Assembly: GCF_009914755.1 (NCBI RefSeq)
Contig: NC_060937.1
Length of the DNA: 64,000 nucleotides
Direction: 5' to 3' (one strand)
From: the human T2T-CHM13v2.0 reference genome, Homo sapiens
Both the position numbers and the translations under genes were made by a program. The notes beneath the pieces were generated by a model. The model saw nothing but the letters and a program-made list of their open reading frames with translations. It was not told the DNA's origin and searched no databases. Of the stretch, positions 41,674-55,559 are shown piece after piece. Positions within the stretch are counted from its first letter, which is position 1; each line of letters opens with the position of its first letter.

Positions 41674-41985
41674 GGCTGGGTGCAGTGGCTCACGTCTTCA
41701 ATCCTAGCACTTTGGGAGGGCGAGGCAGGCAGATTGCTTGAGATCAGGAGTTTGAGACCAGCCTGGCCAAAATGGTGACACCTGGTCTCCATTAAAACCA
41801 CAAAAAACTTAGCCCGGCATGGTAGCGCACACCTGTAATCCCAGCTACAGGAGGTTGAATCAGGAGAATCGCTTGAACACTTGAACCCAGGAGGCAAAGG
41901 TTGCCATGAGCCAAGATCGTGCCACTGCACTCCAGCCTGGGTGACAAAGGGAGACTATATTAAAAAAAAAAAAAAAAAAAAAAAA
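41674..41985 (+). mobile_element. AluS (Sx/Sz-like)
   Basis: Full dimer with a small internal duplication (cttgaaca cttgaacc), A24 tail, and probable TSD actaacYagt. Confidence 0.93.
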
Positions 41986-42972
41986 GCTCCAAAAAACTAA
42001 CTAGTATTTGCTTCATAATTGTTGCAGAATCTGAGACTAAGTGATGATTGACATTGCAAACTGATGAGTAAAGAACAGGGGCAAGTACTCTTGCAAATAC
42101 TTAAATGCCATGTGCAAATACCAGCAGGCTAGAAGAACTCTTTAGACCAGCATGAAGAAACTTATCTAATGTAACAGGAGGTAATTAGACAAAATAGAAC
42201 TATTTCAGAAAGATGAGCTTCTAAGGTCAAGTGCAGAACACTTTGGCTTAGATATTTTAGCCAATGTGAATAACATTTTTTGAAAAAGTTTTTCCCGAAT
42301 CAAACATTTCTTTGCTGAGCAAACAACCAGAATTATCTACAAAGTCTTTGTAGTCATGAGAATGAGGATTTTATGAAACCTCATATACATTTGTATATCT
42401 ATACAAGTGATTAGGATTAGAATTCAGTCTATGCAAAGAGTAAACACACATACAATTTGAGTCTCTATTTAAGTTTACTAATCAATTTATATCAACCTAA
42501 TAACTTAAGTTTTTATAATTTCTTTATATCTTTGCTTTTATATTTAACTACAGTATGTCACTTTAGAATTCATCGAAGACCACATTTTTTTTTTATGCAA
42601 TAGGATGCCATCAACATACTCAAAACAATGTCAACATCCTACACTTCAGGTCATTCAAAATGACTCTTAGAAAAATTTGAAAACGTATTTGTTAAAGTAT
42701 GTACTACAAAAGAAACACACTGACATATTATTTAAATTATAAGTCAGTGTAATATTGCCAAGATAGTTGGTTGAGAGTATACTTTTTACCATGTTTTCCT
42801 TGAATAAAAAAGAAAACTGATAAAACTAAAAAGAATAGTTTCTGTGATCTTACTTCTAGATTTCCATGTGGGAAATATAAAATACCTATTCTTAACACAC
42901 CCAGGTTTTGTGTTGAGCAATTTTACCTTTGAATTCTGTATTAGGGCCTCACTTTCTGGAGTGAAGGGACTT

Positions 42973-43012
42973 AATCTCATTATGATGTCAATCTCATTAT
43001 GATGTCAATCTC
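42973..43012 (+). repeat. Perfect 17-bp tandem duplication
   Basis: aatctcattatgatgtc x2 followed by aatctc. Confidence 0.95.
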
Positions 43013-43150
43013 CTTACTTAGGTGAAAGCTGGTTTTCATCTTCACTGCACTGAATCTGAATTAAGTAGTTGAGTTCCACGATTACTCCTTGTTTCCCTCT
43101 CTGGGAATTCCTAGCCTCAAACAGATGATTGCAAACATTCTCCCTTTTTT

Positions 43151-43245
43151 TGTATTCTTTTGCTAGGGGTGCTATAACCAAGTACCACTGACTGGATGGC
43201 TTATACAACCAAAATTTATTTTCTTAAAAGTATGGAGGCTGGAGA
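43151..43245 (-). mobile_element. MLT1A/B LTR end fragment
   Basis: 'tgtatt...tgctaggggtgctataaccaagtaccac...actggatggcttatacaac...ggaggctgga'. Confidence 0.75.
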
Positions 43246-43249
43246 AATA

Positions 43250-44500
43250 AGATAATGGACTACATTCTTGCCATCCTGAAGTTTATATTTAGTGGGGGGA
43301 CAGAGAAATTTTAAAAGCAATCAAATATATATCATTTCAAATGGTGTTAAAGGCTATGAAGGAAAATATGACATGTAAGTGTGCGTAAGTTGTGGGGGTG
43401 GAGAAGATTGGCTCAGGGAGGAGACATTAAGAAAGGGACAAGTGAGCAGCATCATGACACAGAAAGAGCAGCAAGTGTCCATGCTCTGAGGTGGGAAGAT
43501 GTTGGAAGAAACAGTGAGGGGAATACAATGTAACAGAGGAAAGCAATAGGTGAGGCAAGTAGGGAAAGGGCTTGCAGAGGAAGTGTTGTAGAAACTCTCT
43601 CTGGGCAAGATGGATGGACATCTTGAAGCAATGTCTGAGACAAGGATTAGAGGCTAAGTAGTTTATTTGGGAGAATATTCTAGCAAATACCAGGACTAAA
43701 GTGGTAAAGTGAGACAGGGAGAGGAAGAGAACAAATACAGAGTTCATTCATAAGCAGGTTGCCCAGAGCAACTAGAATTATACCCTGTCAGGACCCTTTG
43801 GGGATGATACATCACATACCTCAGAGTGTCTTGACCTGAGGGCTGCGAATACTGGAATACTTATCCACCACTTTCTTCTGTCCATGGTTGATGGATGCTC
43901 CCAGGGCATTGAATATTTCTGTACTTCTACCTTAACTACTCATCCAGTATTGTTCCTAGAGCCAGAGGAAATCCCTAGGAAAGGAGCTACAGGTGTTTAG
44001 AATAGCAGTTACCTGTAGGGCCTGAAATAAGGAGTGTTGAGAGAGGGAGTGAAAAGAGAAGGGGGCACTGGCAACATTTTGTCTTAGCCATTGGGGGGTT
44101 TGGAGCACAGAAGTGGCAAGAATGGATGTGCATTTTTACAGACCACTGTGTCTATGAGGATGGTAACTGATTGTGTATGGGCAGGATGTGGTGACAAGAG
44201 CAGAAACAAGGAGTTAAAGTTGGTAAAACTAACAAGGAATTAGTTCTGTCATCTGGGTGAGCAAAGCATGGCCTTAAACTAACACAATAGCTGTAATAGT
44301 GGTGAGAAGTAGAAATATTATAAACACTTTATGAAGGTAGAGCTAAAAAGATTTGTCAATAGATTAGTCGTTCAGTGTAGGACAAAGATCTATTAAAGTT
44401 GTCTCTAAGGGTTTTAATCCAAGGAAATGGAAGAATGCAGTTGTCATTTACTGAAATGAGAAAGAGTGCAGGATAAGCTTTTATGAGGAAATAAGTGTGA
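43250..44500 (-). mobile_element. L2 remnant interrupted by an LTR16-like element
   Basis: 'tttatatttagtggggggacag', 'caagtgtccatgctctgaggtgggaa', 'ggtggtgagaagtag', 'gaagaatgcagttgtcatttactgaaatgag'. Confidence 0.6.
43585..44080 (-). mobile_element. LTR16-family ERVL LTR
   Basis: 'tgagacaaggatt...aagtagtttatttgggag...aagtgagacaggga...aagcaggtt', 'atacttatccacca'. Confidence 0.7.
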
Positions 44501-45429
44501 AAACTATAATCTCGAGCCTTAAAATGCTCCTGCAATGCAAATATTACTATTCCCACTATGGAGATGAAGACAAGGTGCCCAGAAGCACCAAGAATTAGCT
44601 GGAAGATCTTAAACATATTAGTGTTATCTAGCAAGGGCAACCGTATTTGTTTACAAGGTGATAAAGGGTAATATCTGTCATGCATCTAGTACCTAGTAGG
44701 TACTCAATTAATAATGGTAATCTTATGCAAAACTCTCTTGAATGTTTTACATATAAATCTGTATTTAGAACTTATGTTTATTCCTAATCATGGTGTTTAA
44801 TATTCAGCAAATTTCTCTAAACAAAATAGCTTCCAACAAAAAAAGTAGACTTTGACAAAATGAATGGAATTGTCATCTACCAAGAAGAATAAGGGATAAA
44901 TTAATTAGAATTTTACATGCAAAGCAAATAAAACTTCAAATAAAAGTATAGTCTTTGTAATAAAAGCAAATTAATTTTAGTAAAACCACACAGGAAATAT
45001 ATAATTTGGTCACATTACAATAAAGGAACTATAATTAAAAAATTCTTGCTACTTTCCAAGAAAATGAGATTACTCAGTGCTTTCATTAATGGACTCAATG
45101 TCTTAATAGTTACAAATATATTCAACTCTAAGTTATTCAGTGACAGATTAGTCAACATTCAGGTCACTCATTGACAGAATTCTGCTAATTACTCTTCTAA
45201 GTCTTTAAGCACTATATCTAAGTTTACCACTTTTGACTGTAAGTGGCTGAAGGCAGAGGAAAATTATGCTGTAGAATCTGGCTGATTATAATTGTTTTAT
45301 GAAGATATATGTAGAGAAGAGGTTGACACTTAAGACTTTCGTAAGATATTTAAAAGTTACTTTGTAAATTATGGAAAACATAGCAAGCTATATTTTAAAA
45401 TTATTATTTGAAATAGAAGATAGTGTTTT

Positions 45430-46015
45430 TGAAGATCAGGTATCTATGATGAAAACTAATTATAAAGTATGCAATTTCTCCCTGAACTTTCTTAAAATAA
45501 GTATTTTGAATTCTTTTTCAGGCATCTCAGAGATCTCCATTTCTTTGAGGCCATTTCCTGAATAGTTATTTTGTTCCTCTGGGGGTGAAAAAATAATTTT
45601 TGCCTCTTTTGACTTTCTAGTAGCCTTGCATTGAGGTTTATAAGGAGCAGCCACCACTTTCTGCCTTTTCAAATTGGATTTGGTGAGGAAAGATATCTGC
45701 CTGAGACTGGCTGCTAAGGCACTGGCTGGGTGTGGCTTAGCATCTCTGGTTCCCAGAAGGGCACAGTGGCTTGGTCTCTCTGGAGCCACATCAGCTAAAG
45801 TAAATGTTGGCAAAGACTCTGGGGGTCCACAACAGCCAAAGCTGTGAGTAGCTGTGACAACTAGTGCTGTTGGAGTCCTTGGTGGTGAAGGCTGGCAGTT
45901 TTATCTGGTTTCCCCTTTCTCCTGTTGGGTAGAAGTTCTAGCACTGGCATGCATGCAGCTACAGCAATTCTGCGATCTGGTGTGTAGGCAAGGTTTCCAT
46001 GGCAGTGGTGCCAGT
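45430..46015 (-). mobile_element. Old L1 5'UTR and ORF1 N-terminal remnant (antisense)
   Basis: ORF 45460-45813(-) ends EMEISEMPEKEFKILILRKFRE, which is characteristic of L1M/L1PB ORF1p N-termini. Confidence 0.75.
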
Positions 46016-46039
46016 ATTCAATGAGATAAAAGAGAACAC

Positions 46040-48605
46040 AAATAAATAGGTCACACAGGCTAATATCCCTGATGAACATAGTTGCAAAAATCGTCAGCAG
46101 AATACCAGAAAATCAAATGCAACAGCACCTTAAAAGAATCAGACATCAGTATCAGGTGGGATATACTCCTGGGGTACAAGGATGATTCAACAGGTACAAA
46201 CTAATAAATGTGATATATCACATTAACAAAATGAAGAACCAAAAACTATGTATTCATCTTAATACATGCAGAAAAAGCATTTGACAAAATTCAACATTTT
46301 TTTAATAAAAGCACTTCACAAATTAGATATACAAATAATGTATTTCAACATAATAAATGCTGTATATGACAAGTCCACAGCTATCATTATACTCAATAGT
46401 GAGAGCATTTTCTGTAATATTAGCAACAAACTCAAAAGGTCCACTCTTGACACTTCTGTTCAACAAGGTAATAAAAGCCCTAGCCAGAGCAATTAGGCAA
46501 GAAAAAGAAATAAAAGACTTTCAAATTTTAAAATATGTAAAACCGTCTTTGTTTGCAGATAACATAAGCTTATGTATAGAAAATCCTAAAGACAAAAAAA
46601 TTGTTAGAAGTAATAAATGAATTCAGTAGAGTTGCACAATACAAAATCGATATATAAAACTAAGTTGTGTTTTTATACATAAACCAAAAACTATCCAAAA
46701 ACGAAATTAAGAAAACAGTCCAATTTACAATAGCATCAAAAAGAATACAATATTTTAAAATAGATTTAACCAATAAAGTGAACATCATATGTATAAAACA
46801 TTGATGAAAGAAATTGAAGAAGATACAAATAAATAGAAACATATTTTGTGTTCATGGATTGAAAGAATTAATATGTTAAAATTACAGCTCTAGCCAAAGC
46901 AATTTACAGATTTAATGTAATCCCTATCAAAATATCAGACATTCTTCACAGAAATAGATCAAATAACCCTGAAATTTACTTTGAACCAAAAAAACCTCAA
47001 ATAACCAAATAAATCTTGAAAAAGAAGAACAAAGCTGGAGTTCACACTTCTAAGTTTTAAGTTATATTACAAAGCTATGGTAATCAAAACAAAATTGTAC
47101 TGGAATAAAAACAGTTGCATAGACCAATGGAACCAAATTGAGAAAACTGGATAGCTACATGCAAAATGAAATTGAATCCTAAATTTAAATCACTCACAAA
47201 AATTAATTCAAATGTATTAAAGATTTAAATATAAGACCTGAAACTGTAAAATTTTTAGAATAAAACATAATAAAAAAAGCTCTATGATATTGGTCTTGGT
47301 AAAGAATTTTGGCTGACACCAAAAGCACAAACAAGAAATGCAAAAGTAAATAAATGGGATCACATGAAACTAAAGAGCTTCTGAACAGCAAAGGAAATGA
47401 TCAGCAAAATCAAAAGGCAATCTTTGAATGGAAAAAATATTTGCAAATCATATATCTGATACCTGATAAGGGGCTAATATCCAAAATGTATATATAAGAA
47501 ACTCATACAGCTCAACTGGAAAAAAGCCAAATAATCTGATTAGAAAATGGGCCAAAAAATATAATTGACATATTTCCTAAGAACAATAAATGACCAACAA
47601 GTACACGAAAAGGTGCTCGACAACCTCACCTATTATCAAGAAAGGCAAATCAAAACCACATCGAGGTAACACCTCACAACTGATAGGATGGCTCTTATCA
47701 AAAAGAGAAATGATAACAAGTATTGGCAAGAATGTTGGGGAAAAGAAATCATTGTGCACTGTTGGCAGGAAGGTAAATTGGCACAGCCATTATGGAAAGC
47801 AATGTAGAGTTTCCTCAAAAGATTAAAAATAGAGCTACCATATCATCCAGTAATTCTACTTCTAGGTACGTATCTACAAAAAACAAAATCAGTAGCTCAA
47901 AGAAATGTTTCTACTCTCACATTCATTGTAGCATTATTCACAATAGTGAACATAATAAAACAACCTAAGTGTCCATTGACAGGTAAACAGGTAGATACAT
48001 GGTGAGATATATATATACATACATACACACACACACATATATATACATATATATGCATATATATATGTATATAGTTCAGATATAGTTCAGTTCAGCTACA
48101 ATAAAGAAGGACATCTTGAGATTTTGGAACAACATGGATGAACTTTGAAGGCATTATGCTAAGTGAAATAAGTCAGACAGAAAGCAAATACTGTATAAAT
48201 CCTACATGTGGAATCTAAAAAAGTCAAACTCATAGAAACAGAGAGTAGAATGATGGTTTCCAGGTATTGGAGGATGGGAGGAACGATGAGAGGTTAATCG
48301 AAGGTTACAAACTTCCAGTTATAAGATAAGTAAGTTCTGGGGATCTCTTGTACAGCATAGTGACTACAGTTAAAAATACAGTATTGTATATTTGCAGTTT
48401 GCTAAGAGTGCCAATCTTAAATGTTCTCACCACAAAACAAACAAACAAAAAAAACAAAAAAAGATAACTAAGTGGGATAATACAGATGTAAACTAACTTG
48501 AATGTGGTAATCATTTCACAGTATTATGTATATGTCAAAATTATTATACACATTAAACTTGCCTAATTTTATTCATCAATTAGATCTCAACATAGCTGGA
48601 AAAGA
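46040..48605 (+). mobile_element. L1MA/MB-type LINE-1, ORF2 RT region to 3' end, decayed
   Basis: 'aatatccctgatgaacatag', [13 protein letters not shown] and SLFADN (ORF 46357-46620), and 3'UTR 'acaaacttccagttataagat...aagttctggggatct...tcttaaatgttctcaccaca'. Confidence 0.9.
48007..48072 (+). repeat. Compound (TA)n/(CA)n microsatellite inside the L1
   Basis: Read directly. Confidence 0.9.
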
Positions 48606-50827
48606 GGGAAGCAGCAAAAAGAAAGGAAAAAGTATGCCATATCTCTAATATAAATATAAGTATATTCTGTAAATCATGAAGAGTGATTATTTTCAGAAAT
48701 CACAGACTTTCTTAAAACTTCAATATTCAGTGAGAAGAAAACATTAAAATATTTTTAGGCTATTGGAATTGAAAAATGAATAGATACTTAAATAGTGTAT
48801 ATATTTAGCAGGCATAACTTATGTCCTTTGAGCAAAAATTGTAAAAGCCACTATATATGTTACCAACGGTCTCCAATATTTAGGTTGCTAAACATAGAGC
48901 ACGAGCTTTATATAAACTTTAGTTTCCCATACTTTATATTATGTCTATTTTATCTTCTCTCCTTGCCTTACCCAGAAACATTTCTTAATAGAATAATTTC
49001 AGAAGCTACATAAGGGCAAAAAAACTTTGATGTTTTTTCTCCTCCACACGGGAACAAGAGAACTCAAAGTATTGGTCACATGGTCACATATGTTATGGTA
49101 ATTACTCCTGCAAAAAATTATTGCAATCTCTTTTTCCAAAGAGTGGATGGCATTATTTGTCATCAAAATTGGGGGAAAAGTAACTTGAAAGCATAGGTTC
49201 TATGAAGATATTTTATTCCATTATACCTATATAAATTTAAATGAGTAATACATTTTGTATTTTCCAGTAACCAAGCATAAAGTAATGAACAACAAGATGT
49301 CAAAGGGTTATACCTTACTACAGTAGTTTTCTTGATTATTTATACGAGAAGATGATTGGATATTAATGTGATTATTAAAAACAAAATATTGTTTGACTTA
49401 TTTTGAATACAGCATCAGATATTTATTGGCAAAAAAACATTCTGTATTGTTCCTAAGCATTTCTATTTAGTAAACTTAGTTTGCAGAGACTTTCACCATG
49501 TCACAGTATGTGTATGTGACAAAACGGGAAATGCTAGAAAAATGTATTACTATTGGTTTGTGAATGAGTGTGTAAGAGAGAGGGTGCAGGATGCTGAAAG
49601 ATACACAGCAAATTCAATAAATAAGCTGTTTATTTTAAATACTCCCCTTATTACCATAAAGTAAATTAAGAAACATTGAAATAACCTAGCTGTTCTTACA
49701 TCCTGCTTTTCTTAATGTATTGTCTCAATATCACTTTCAAATAAAGATGTTTGAAATAGTGTCTGCAATCTACATTTTTGATCTGCCTAAATAGCTGCTG
49801 GCTTCAGCAGAACATTAATGCAAATCTAATGTACCTGCTGGTATGATTAGCTGAATCAAATGATGGCATTTAAGTAACACCTAAATAATCTTAATTAGGA
49901 TCTTCAACTCATCTTACCACTTAGAACTCTACAGATGGATAGTCTTAATTATCAGCCTTTTGATTAGGATAACAGCCCTAATCAAGATGATGTGGGCCTG
50001 ATAGACAGAGTATCAGTAAATTAATGACTGCTGTTAAGTGGGAACATAAGCAAAAAATATAGAGCCGCTTTCTGTGAGAGACAGGGTGATGTCTATGCAA
50101 GGAAATTTAAATTGTTAGCAAAAAGATCAGAGCAAATAATTGTAAATTGGGATTAATGTTATTATATCAGATGTATTTGAGCCCTTATTTTCAACATGAT
50201 TGTACTGCATGATTACATTAATGTAGCATTTTCATAAAAACGACAGTGCAGGTTATTTTTACAAATGTTTCTAAGTTCAGTATTGGTAACCTGGTAAACT
50301 TCATAGATTTGAAATATGTTAACCAAAACTATTGGAAATAGATTTCTTATGATAGAAATTATGAGATAATTAAATGAGATGCAGAAAAATTTTAAATATT
50401 TTTGCTTACTTGTTTCTCTAGAAATAGTATCTTTTCTGAATTTTAACTTTCCAAATTACCAACTGCCTGATTAATTAGGCATAAAGCACTATGAAAGAGT
50501 GTTTTCTTGTAGTCGGACAAGGACTCCTTGATTTTGAAGTTCTCCTAGTATTTAACACATGAGAAAACAAAACAAGCATTGTATTTACATACTTCGTGTG
50601 GGACTGTGAAGTGATGTAGCATTGATTTAAAGAGGGCCTTCACTTATTTTCATTACATATGTGACCATACTAGATTTTCAGCATGAAGGCTGTTGTAGCA
50701 TTCTGGCTTTTGCCAAAAAAACTTTCCTTAAGGCTCAGTCCCAGTCCTCTGTTTCTGGTGTCTCATCTAAATTTCTCCTCCATCACTGCTACCTCCTCAC
50801 TCATATTTACAGATCATTCCTGGCATG

Positions 50828-50973
50828 TTCCTCCTCTCTCTCTCTCTCTCTCTCTCCTCCCTCTCCTCTCCTCTCTATCTCTCCTCTCTCTTCTCTCTCT
50901 CCTCTCTCTCTCCCTCTTTCTCTCTCTCTCTCCCCCTCCCTCCCTCTCTCTCTTTTCTGCCCTCCCTTCTGTC
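50828..50973 (+). repeat. (CT)n-rich polypyrimidine tract
   Basis: ~145 nt almost entirely C/T. Confidence 0.95.
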
Positions 50974-51321
50974 TAGCATGATTTCTATTTAGACTAGTGA
51001 ATCTTCACAGACACCCCTGCCTTTCACTGAATAAACATTTAAGTTTAGATTCAGAATTCACATTTTGGAACTGGAAATGTTGATAAAGGTGACATCATAA
51101 GTTAGACACACTGTTATTTCCTAGTGTCAGTAAGTGAGGAGGGCTTGAGCCTATCCTTGGCTGAGAGGAAGAGAAAAGCAGCACATTGATTACTGTTCAG
51201 CATTATATGCATTAAAGATACATATAATGCATTGGCTGGGGGATGAGGAATTCACCAGGTGTTTGCAAACTGTGTCAAATAATGCAGGTTTCAAAGAACA
51301 GTGTTTATTATTTTGTGTTTA

Positions 51322-51366
51322 AATACTTTATCCTTATAATGATAATACTTTATCCTTATAAATGAT
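51322..51366 (+). repeat. 22-bp tandem duplication
   Basis: aatactttatccttataatgat followed by aatactttatccttataaatgat (one extra A). Confidence 0.92.
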
Positions 51367-51539
51367 AATAGTAGTAGTAGCATATAATAATTATGTGTGT
51401 CCGACCATCTGTTGGGCACTAATACATACAATGAGAGACTTCTCCATGCAGAAACACAAACACTTCATCTGCTAATTTATTCGCTGATTTATCTAGATTC
51501 TCGAGAAAGGAAAGCTGTAGAAACACTGCCTCAGAATCC

Positions 51540-52640
51540 AATGTCACTGCAGAGTCTGGAGTCACCCACTTCTCTGACCTCAGAGTCTTCCATGTCATTA
51601 ACAAGCTTCCTTTCATATACCTACCTACTAAATGTTTTTCGAAATTCTGCCCTGTGTGTTTTTCCTATGACAAAACTCTGCTTTCATAATCTCATCTCCT
51701 CAAAATAGTTGATAGTTATTTCTTTGTACCTGAGTATCTTCAACCCTGACACCTGTCTGTTTCCTCCACCTATACACCCAAATGCCTTGCAGATATTCCT
51801 ATCTGGGTATAGTCTTATGACTATAAATCTAAATGTATTAAATTTCTTCTCATCATTATGTTCCCATCATTCAGGTCCAGATCCATGCAATCTTGTTTGC
51901 TGTCTTCCCCTCACTGTTTATCTGCAGAAAATTACCAAGGCCTCCTAACTCTGTCTCATACTTGTTTCCTGTTTCTCTTTCGTTATCCCCCACTGCTGAC
52001 TGTTCATGCCCTGCCACATCATGTCTTCTTCATCTTATCTCTATCAAGCTTCCCCATGGTATTTTCTTCCCTGACCTGTCCTTCATTTAATAAAGTTCAG
52101 CTATCGCAAATGGAATCAACCACCCCATATGGGAAAGGAATGGAATTTTTGCAACTGGAGCAGACAAAGAGCAAAGTTATCTTTGACTAAATCTAGTTCA
52201 GTACTGGCTGGAGACACTTGCCCAACATTGTCTGGCTATTGAGGAAGCTCATCTCCCACTTCCCCATTCCTCCTTATCTAGAGATAGGTCAAATTCGCTC
52301 TACCCATTTCTACTTCTGGAATGCACACTCAGACTTGGCACCCACCTACAATGCTCAACTCTGCTTATTACCAGCTCTTTCAATTCCATTCCAGTCTCTG
52401 GAGAGTCTCCAAGTTTTTAGGTGCCTTTCTGACCATCTGGTTTCACTTTTGAATTTTGTTAGGTATAGCTAAGCTTTTCCCAGGATATTCTTATTTCTAT
52501 ATATTGTCTCTTTTTCAACTAAAGGCAAGAATATTTCCTGACCACCTGCTGCCTCAAGTCTGATTGTATCTTAATCGTTATGTCATTGGAGAAGTTATAT
52601 CTAGTTGTGACATATCTGATGATATTTAGTCCTGATTAAC
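51540..52640 (+). mobile_element. Highly decayed L2 remnant
   Basis: Pyrimidine-rich strand with L2-like phrases 'tatacctacctactaaatg', 'tgtttcctccacc', 'tttcctgaccacc'. Boundaries approximate. Confidence 0.45.
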
Positions 52641-55169
52641 TGCTATATTCCTTCACTATTTTCATTTATTTTTTATTCATGAGTTGTCTAATAAGAAAAG
52701 AAGACAGTAAACCAGTTGATGTTTTTAAACACATACATCTCATAAATAAAGGAAATGTACTATTGTAGACTTAAGAGAAGATTGTTATAATGTACAATAA
52801 CTGTCAGCAAAGGATAGAGTTCCAGTTTTAGTGGATCTAGCAGGATGCCAGTATCTTGCCCTGCTCTTCAATTTCCTGGGAATTACTCACCGTCACCTAT
52901 AGTCCATCTTACATCCAGCCAATAAAGGAAAATTTAGGGCTACTGTTTTTATATTTGTTGGTTGGGAATATCATGTAGATCTAGAGTTATTATCTTATCC
53001 CCTCAAATATATTCATTACATAAATTATTTGTAAAATTTCTATATTATTTGAAGGTACTAGGCCACCTGCGGATCAGCCACTTCAAGGAAGTGATATGAA
53101 TTTTTCCTTTAGGCATAAAGGCTGGGAATGGTAAGCCTTATACCATAAACTAGTTGCACAGAAAGAGCAAAATTGCCAGCTGCCTTTGCTGTAGTCATCA
53201 AGAAAGTTGCAGCAGCAGGCACATACCTATGTTCTGGAAAGGGTAAGAGTCTAGCACTATTCTAGAGTTATTGTCAGAAAGATACTAATTGTTTTTGAAA
53301 AAAATAGTGAAACAATGTTATTATGTTCATGTCATATTGTTCAATTAAAAATTAGTTTTGTTTTTACAGATGAATTAATTACATTTTGATAACTGGGATG
53401 TTCTGTAGGGTTCCACATAGTGACAAGAGCCTTGTTGATTGGTTCCTGTTGACTACCACTTAAGTAAGAACACAGTTTTCCTGCAATATTTTAAAATATA
53501 TAATTTGAATGTTGTTGTTCACTCTTCTTAAATTTGTATTTTCCTTGTTATTACTTATGTCTACCAAAATAGTTATAACCTTCAAAACTAGTTATTAAAA
53601 CATAAAATACTAAGAAAATAGTAACAATACTATATCACACTATAAAGCAAAAGTAAATAATGAGCCAACTCCAGTGCAAATGCGGAGTGTGAACCCAATG
53701 GTGGGTTAAGTTGAGTCATTAAGTGTGACAATTTTATGCAAATATCTGGAAGAGTAAAGCATGGACAAAAGCATGGATGGTACATACATGAAAACTGGGC
53801 TCTATTGGTTTAGTGATCCTCAGTGCAATGTCTCCCACAAAACTTTGTCAAATAGAAATAGGAATTCATTAAAATGTTTATTTTCATCAAAACAAGCAAA
53901 CCAGCTAAAATTTCTGAGAACAAGTTAAAAACATTTTCTCATGCAAAATTAATCGTAATTAAGTTAGATAAGACAACAAAGCTACAAAAGCACCATTTGC
54001 TGTCACAGTCTTAATAGTTTAAAAAGGCACAATTTACCATATTTCTGGTAAGTTAATGATGAATATATTCCATTTGAAATCAGAAAAGGAAAGCTCTTAG
54101 TAAAATCCTTTCATCAAATCTCAGTTAGACATAAACACAAATTTAAATTAATAATAAAATAATGGCAACCAATGCAAAAAAAAAGTACCATATTATTTCT
54201 TGTTGGCTTATATTTTATTTTAGATTCAAATAAAACAATATATATTCAGAATGTTAATCAAGTCCAGATGCATATATTTTGAGGAAGAAAGAGCTCATCA
54301 ACTCTTTGCTCTAAAATTCTTTAGTCTGAAAATCTAGTTTTGTTTATTTTTGTTATCACTCATAATGTGACTCAAGATTTACCCAATTTTCTGGCGCCAT
54401 TGATAAAAATATCCTATATAAATGATACTGTCTCTGTCACTGATTGGCACCTATATTTTCTTTACATTAAAAATATACATTAGTGGCTTTACTATTTTTG
54501 AATCATTTATTTCAATATTGATAGTCAATATGTATGATCCACTAAGTGGATGCCTAGATATTCGGAAATACTGACAAATTCTTCCTCTCTGACTTTTACT
54601 AATGAGTCTTTTTCACATCCATTTGACTTAGAATCAGGTATATTTCTCTGTTTATAAAGAAAAAGATGGTGAATGTCAACAACATTCAAACTGTCATCTA
54701 TCGATGACTTAACGTTTCCTTACGGCTTCCTAGGAGTCTATACAGGCCTTAAAAAGAAGTGCATAATTGACATCGGTTTTAATTATTAATCTGATCATAT
54801 CAACATTCCTGTTAAAAACCTTTTATAATTTCACATTCACTAACTGGTTGAACTTGAGCTCAATCTAACATTCATAGCTTTGTTCAAGGCTTCGTCCCCA
54901 CACTTTCTTCTAAGATTTATCTGCCATTGATCTCGCTGAGCACGAACTCCAAACTAGGCTTTCTTTAGTTTTTAAGAACATAACTAACACTTTTCCTCCT
55001 TCTCAGTCTTTCATATCATTTCTTTAATCTAGAATTTTTTTCTTTCTGTTTTCCTTTTTTTTCTGGCTGAATTTAAGATCCACCTTAAATGTTCTCTTCA
55101 TATGAATAATTTTCTGATGTCATCAAAAATATTATCTTCATTGACCCAGTAGCATTTGCAATCATATGT

Positions 55170-55535
55170 CTGAGTGGCATTACTTAATGGCAAGGATACA
55201 TTCTGAGAAATGCCTCTTTAGGTGTTGTCATTTTGCAAATATCATAGATTGTATTTACACAAACCTAGAGCGTTTAGCCTACTACACATACAGGATATAT
55301 CATATAGCCCATTGCTCTGAGGCTACAAGTCTGTACAGCAGGTTATTCCACTGAATACTATAGGCAATTGTAACACAATGGTAAGTATTTGTCTATCTAA
55401 ACATAACTAAACATAGAAAAGGTACAGTTAAAGTACAGTGTAAAATGTTTTTAAATTGTACACCTGTATATAGAAGCTCTACTATAATCTTGTGGGACCA
55501 CCATCATATATGTGCCTCTTAATTGATGAAAATTC
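55170..55535. mobile_element. Tigger3a/MER7 (Golem-derived) MITE
   Basis: 'ggatacattctgagaaatgc', 'ttacacaaacctaga', 'ctgaatactataggcaattgtaacacaatggtaagtatttgt', 'tataatcttgtgggaccacc'. Confidence 0.88.
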
Positions 55536-55559
55536 CTACAAAGCAACTTTGTTTAAAAG

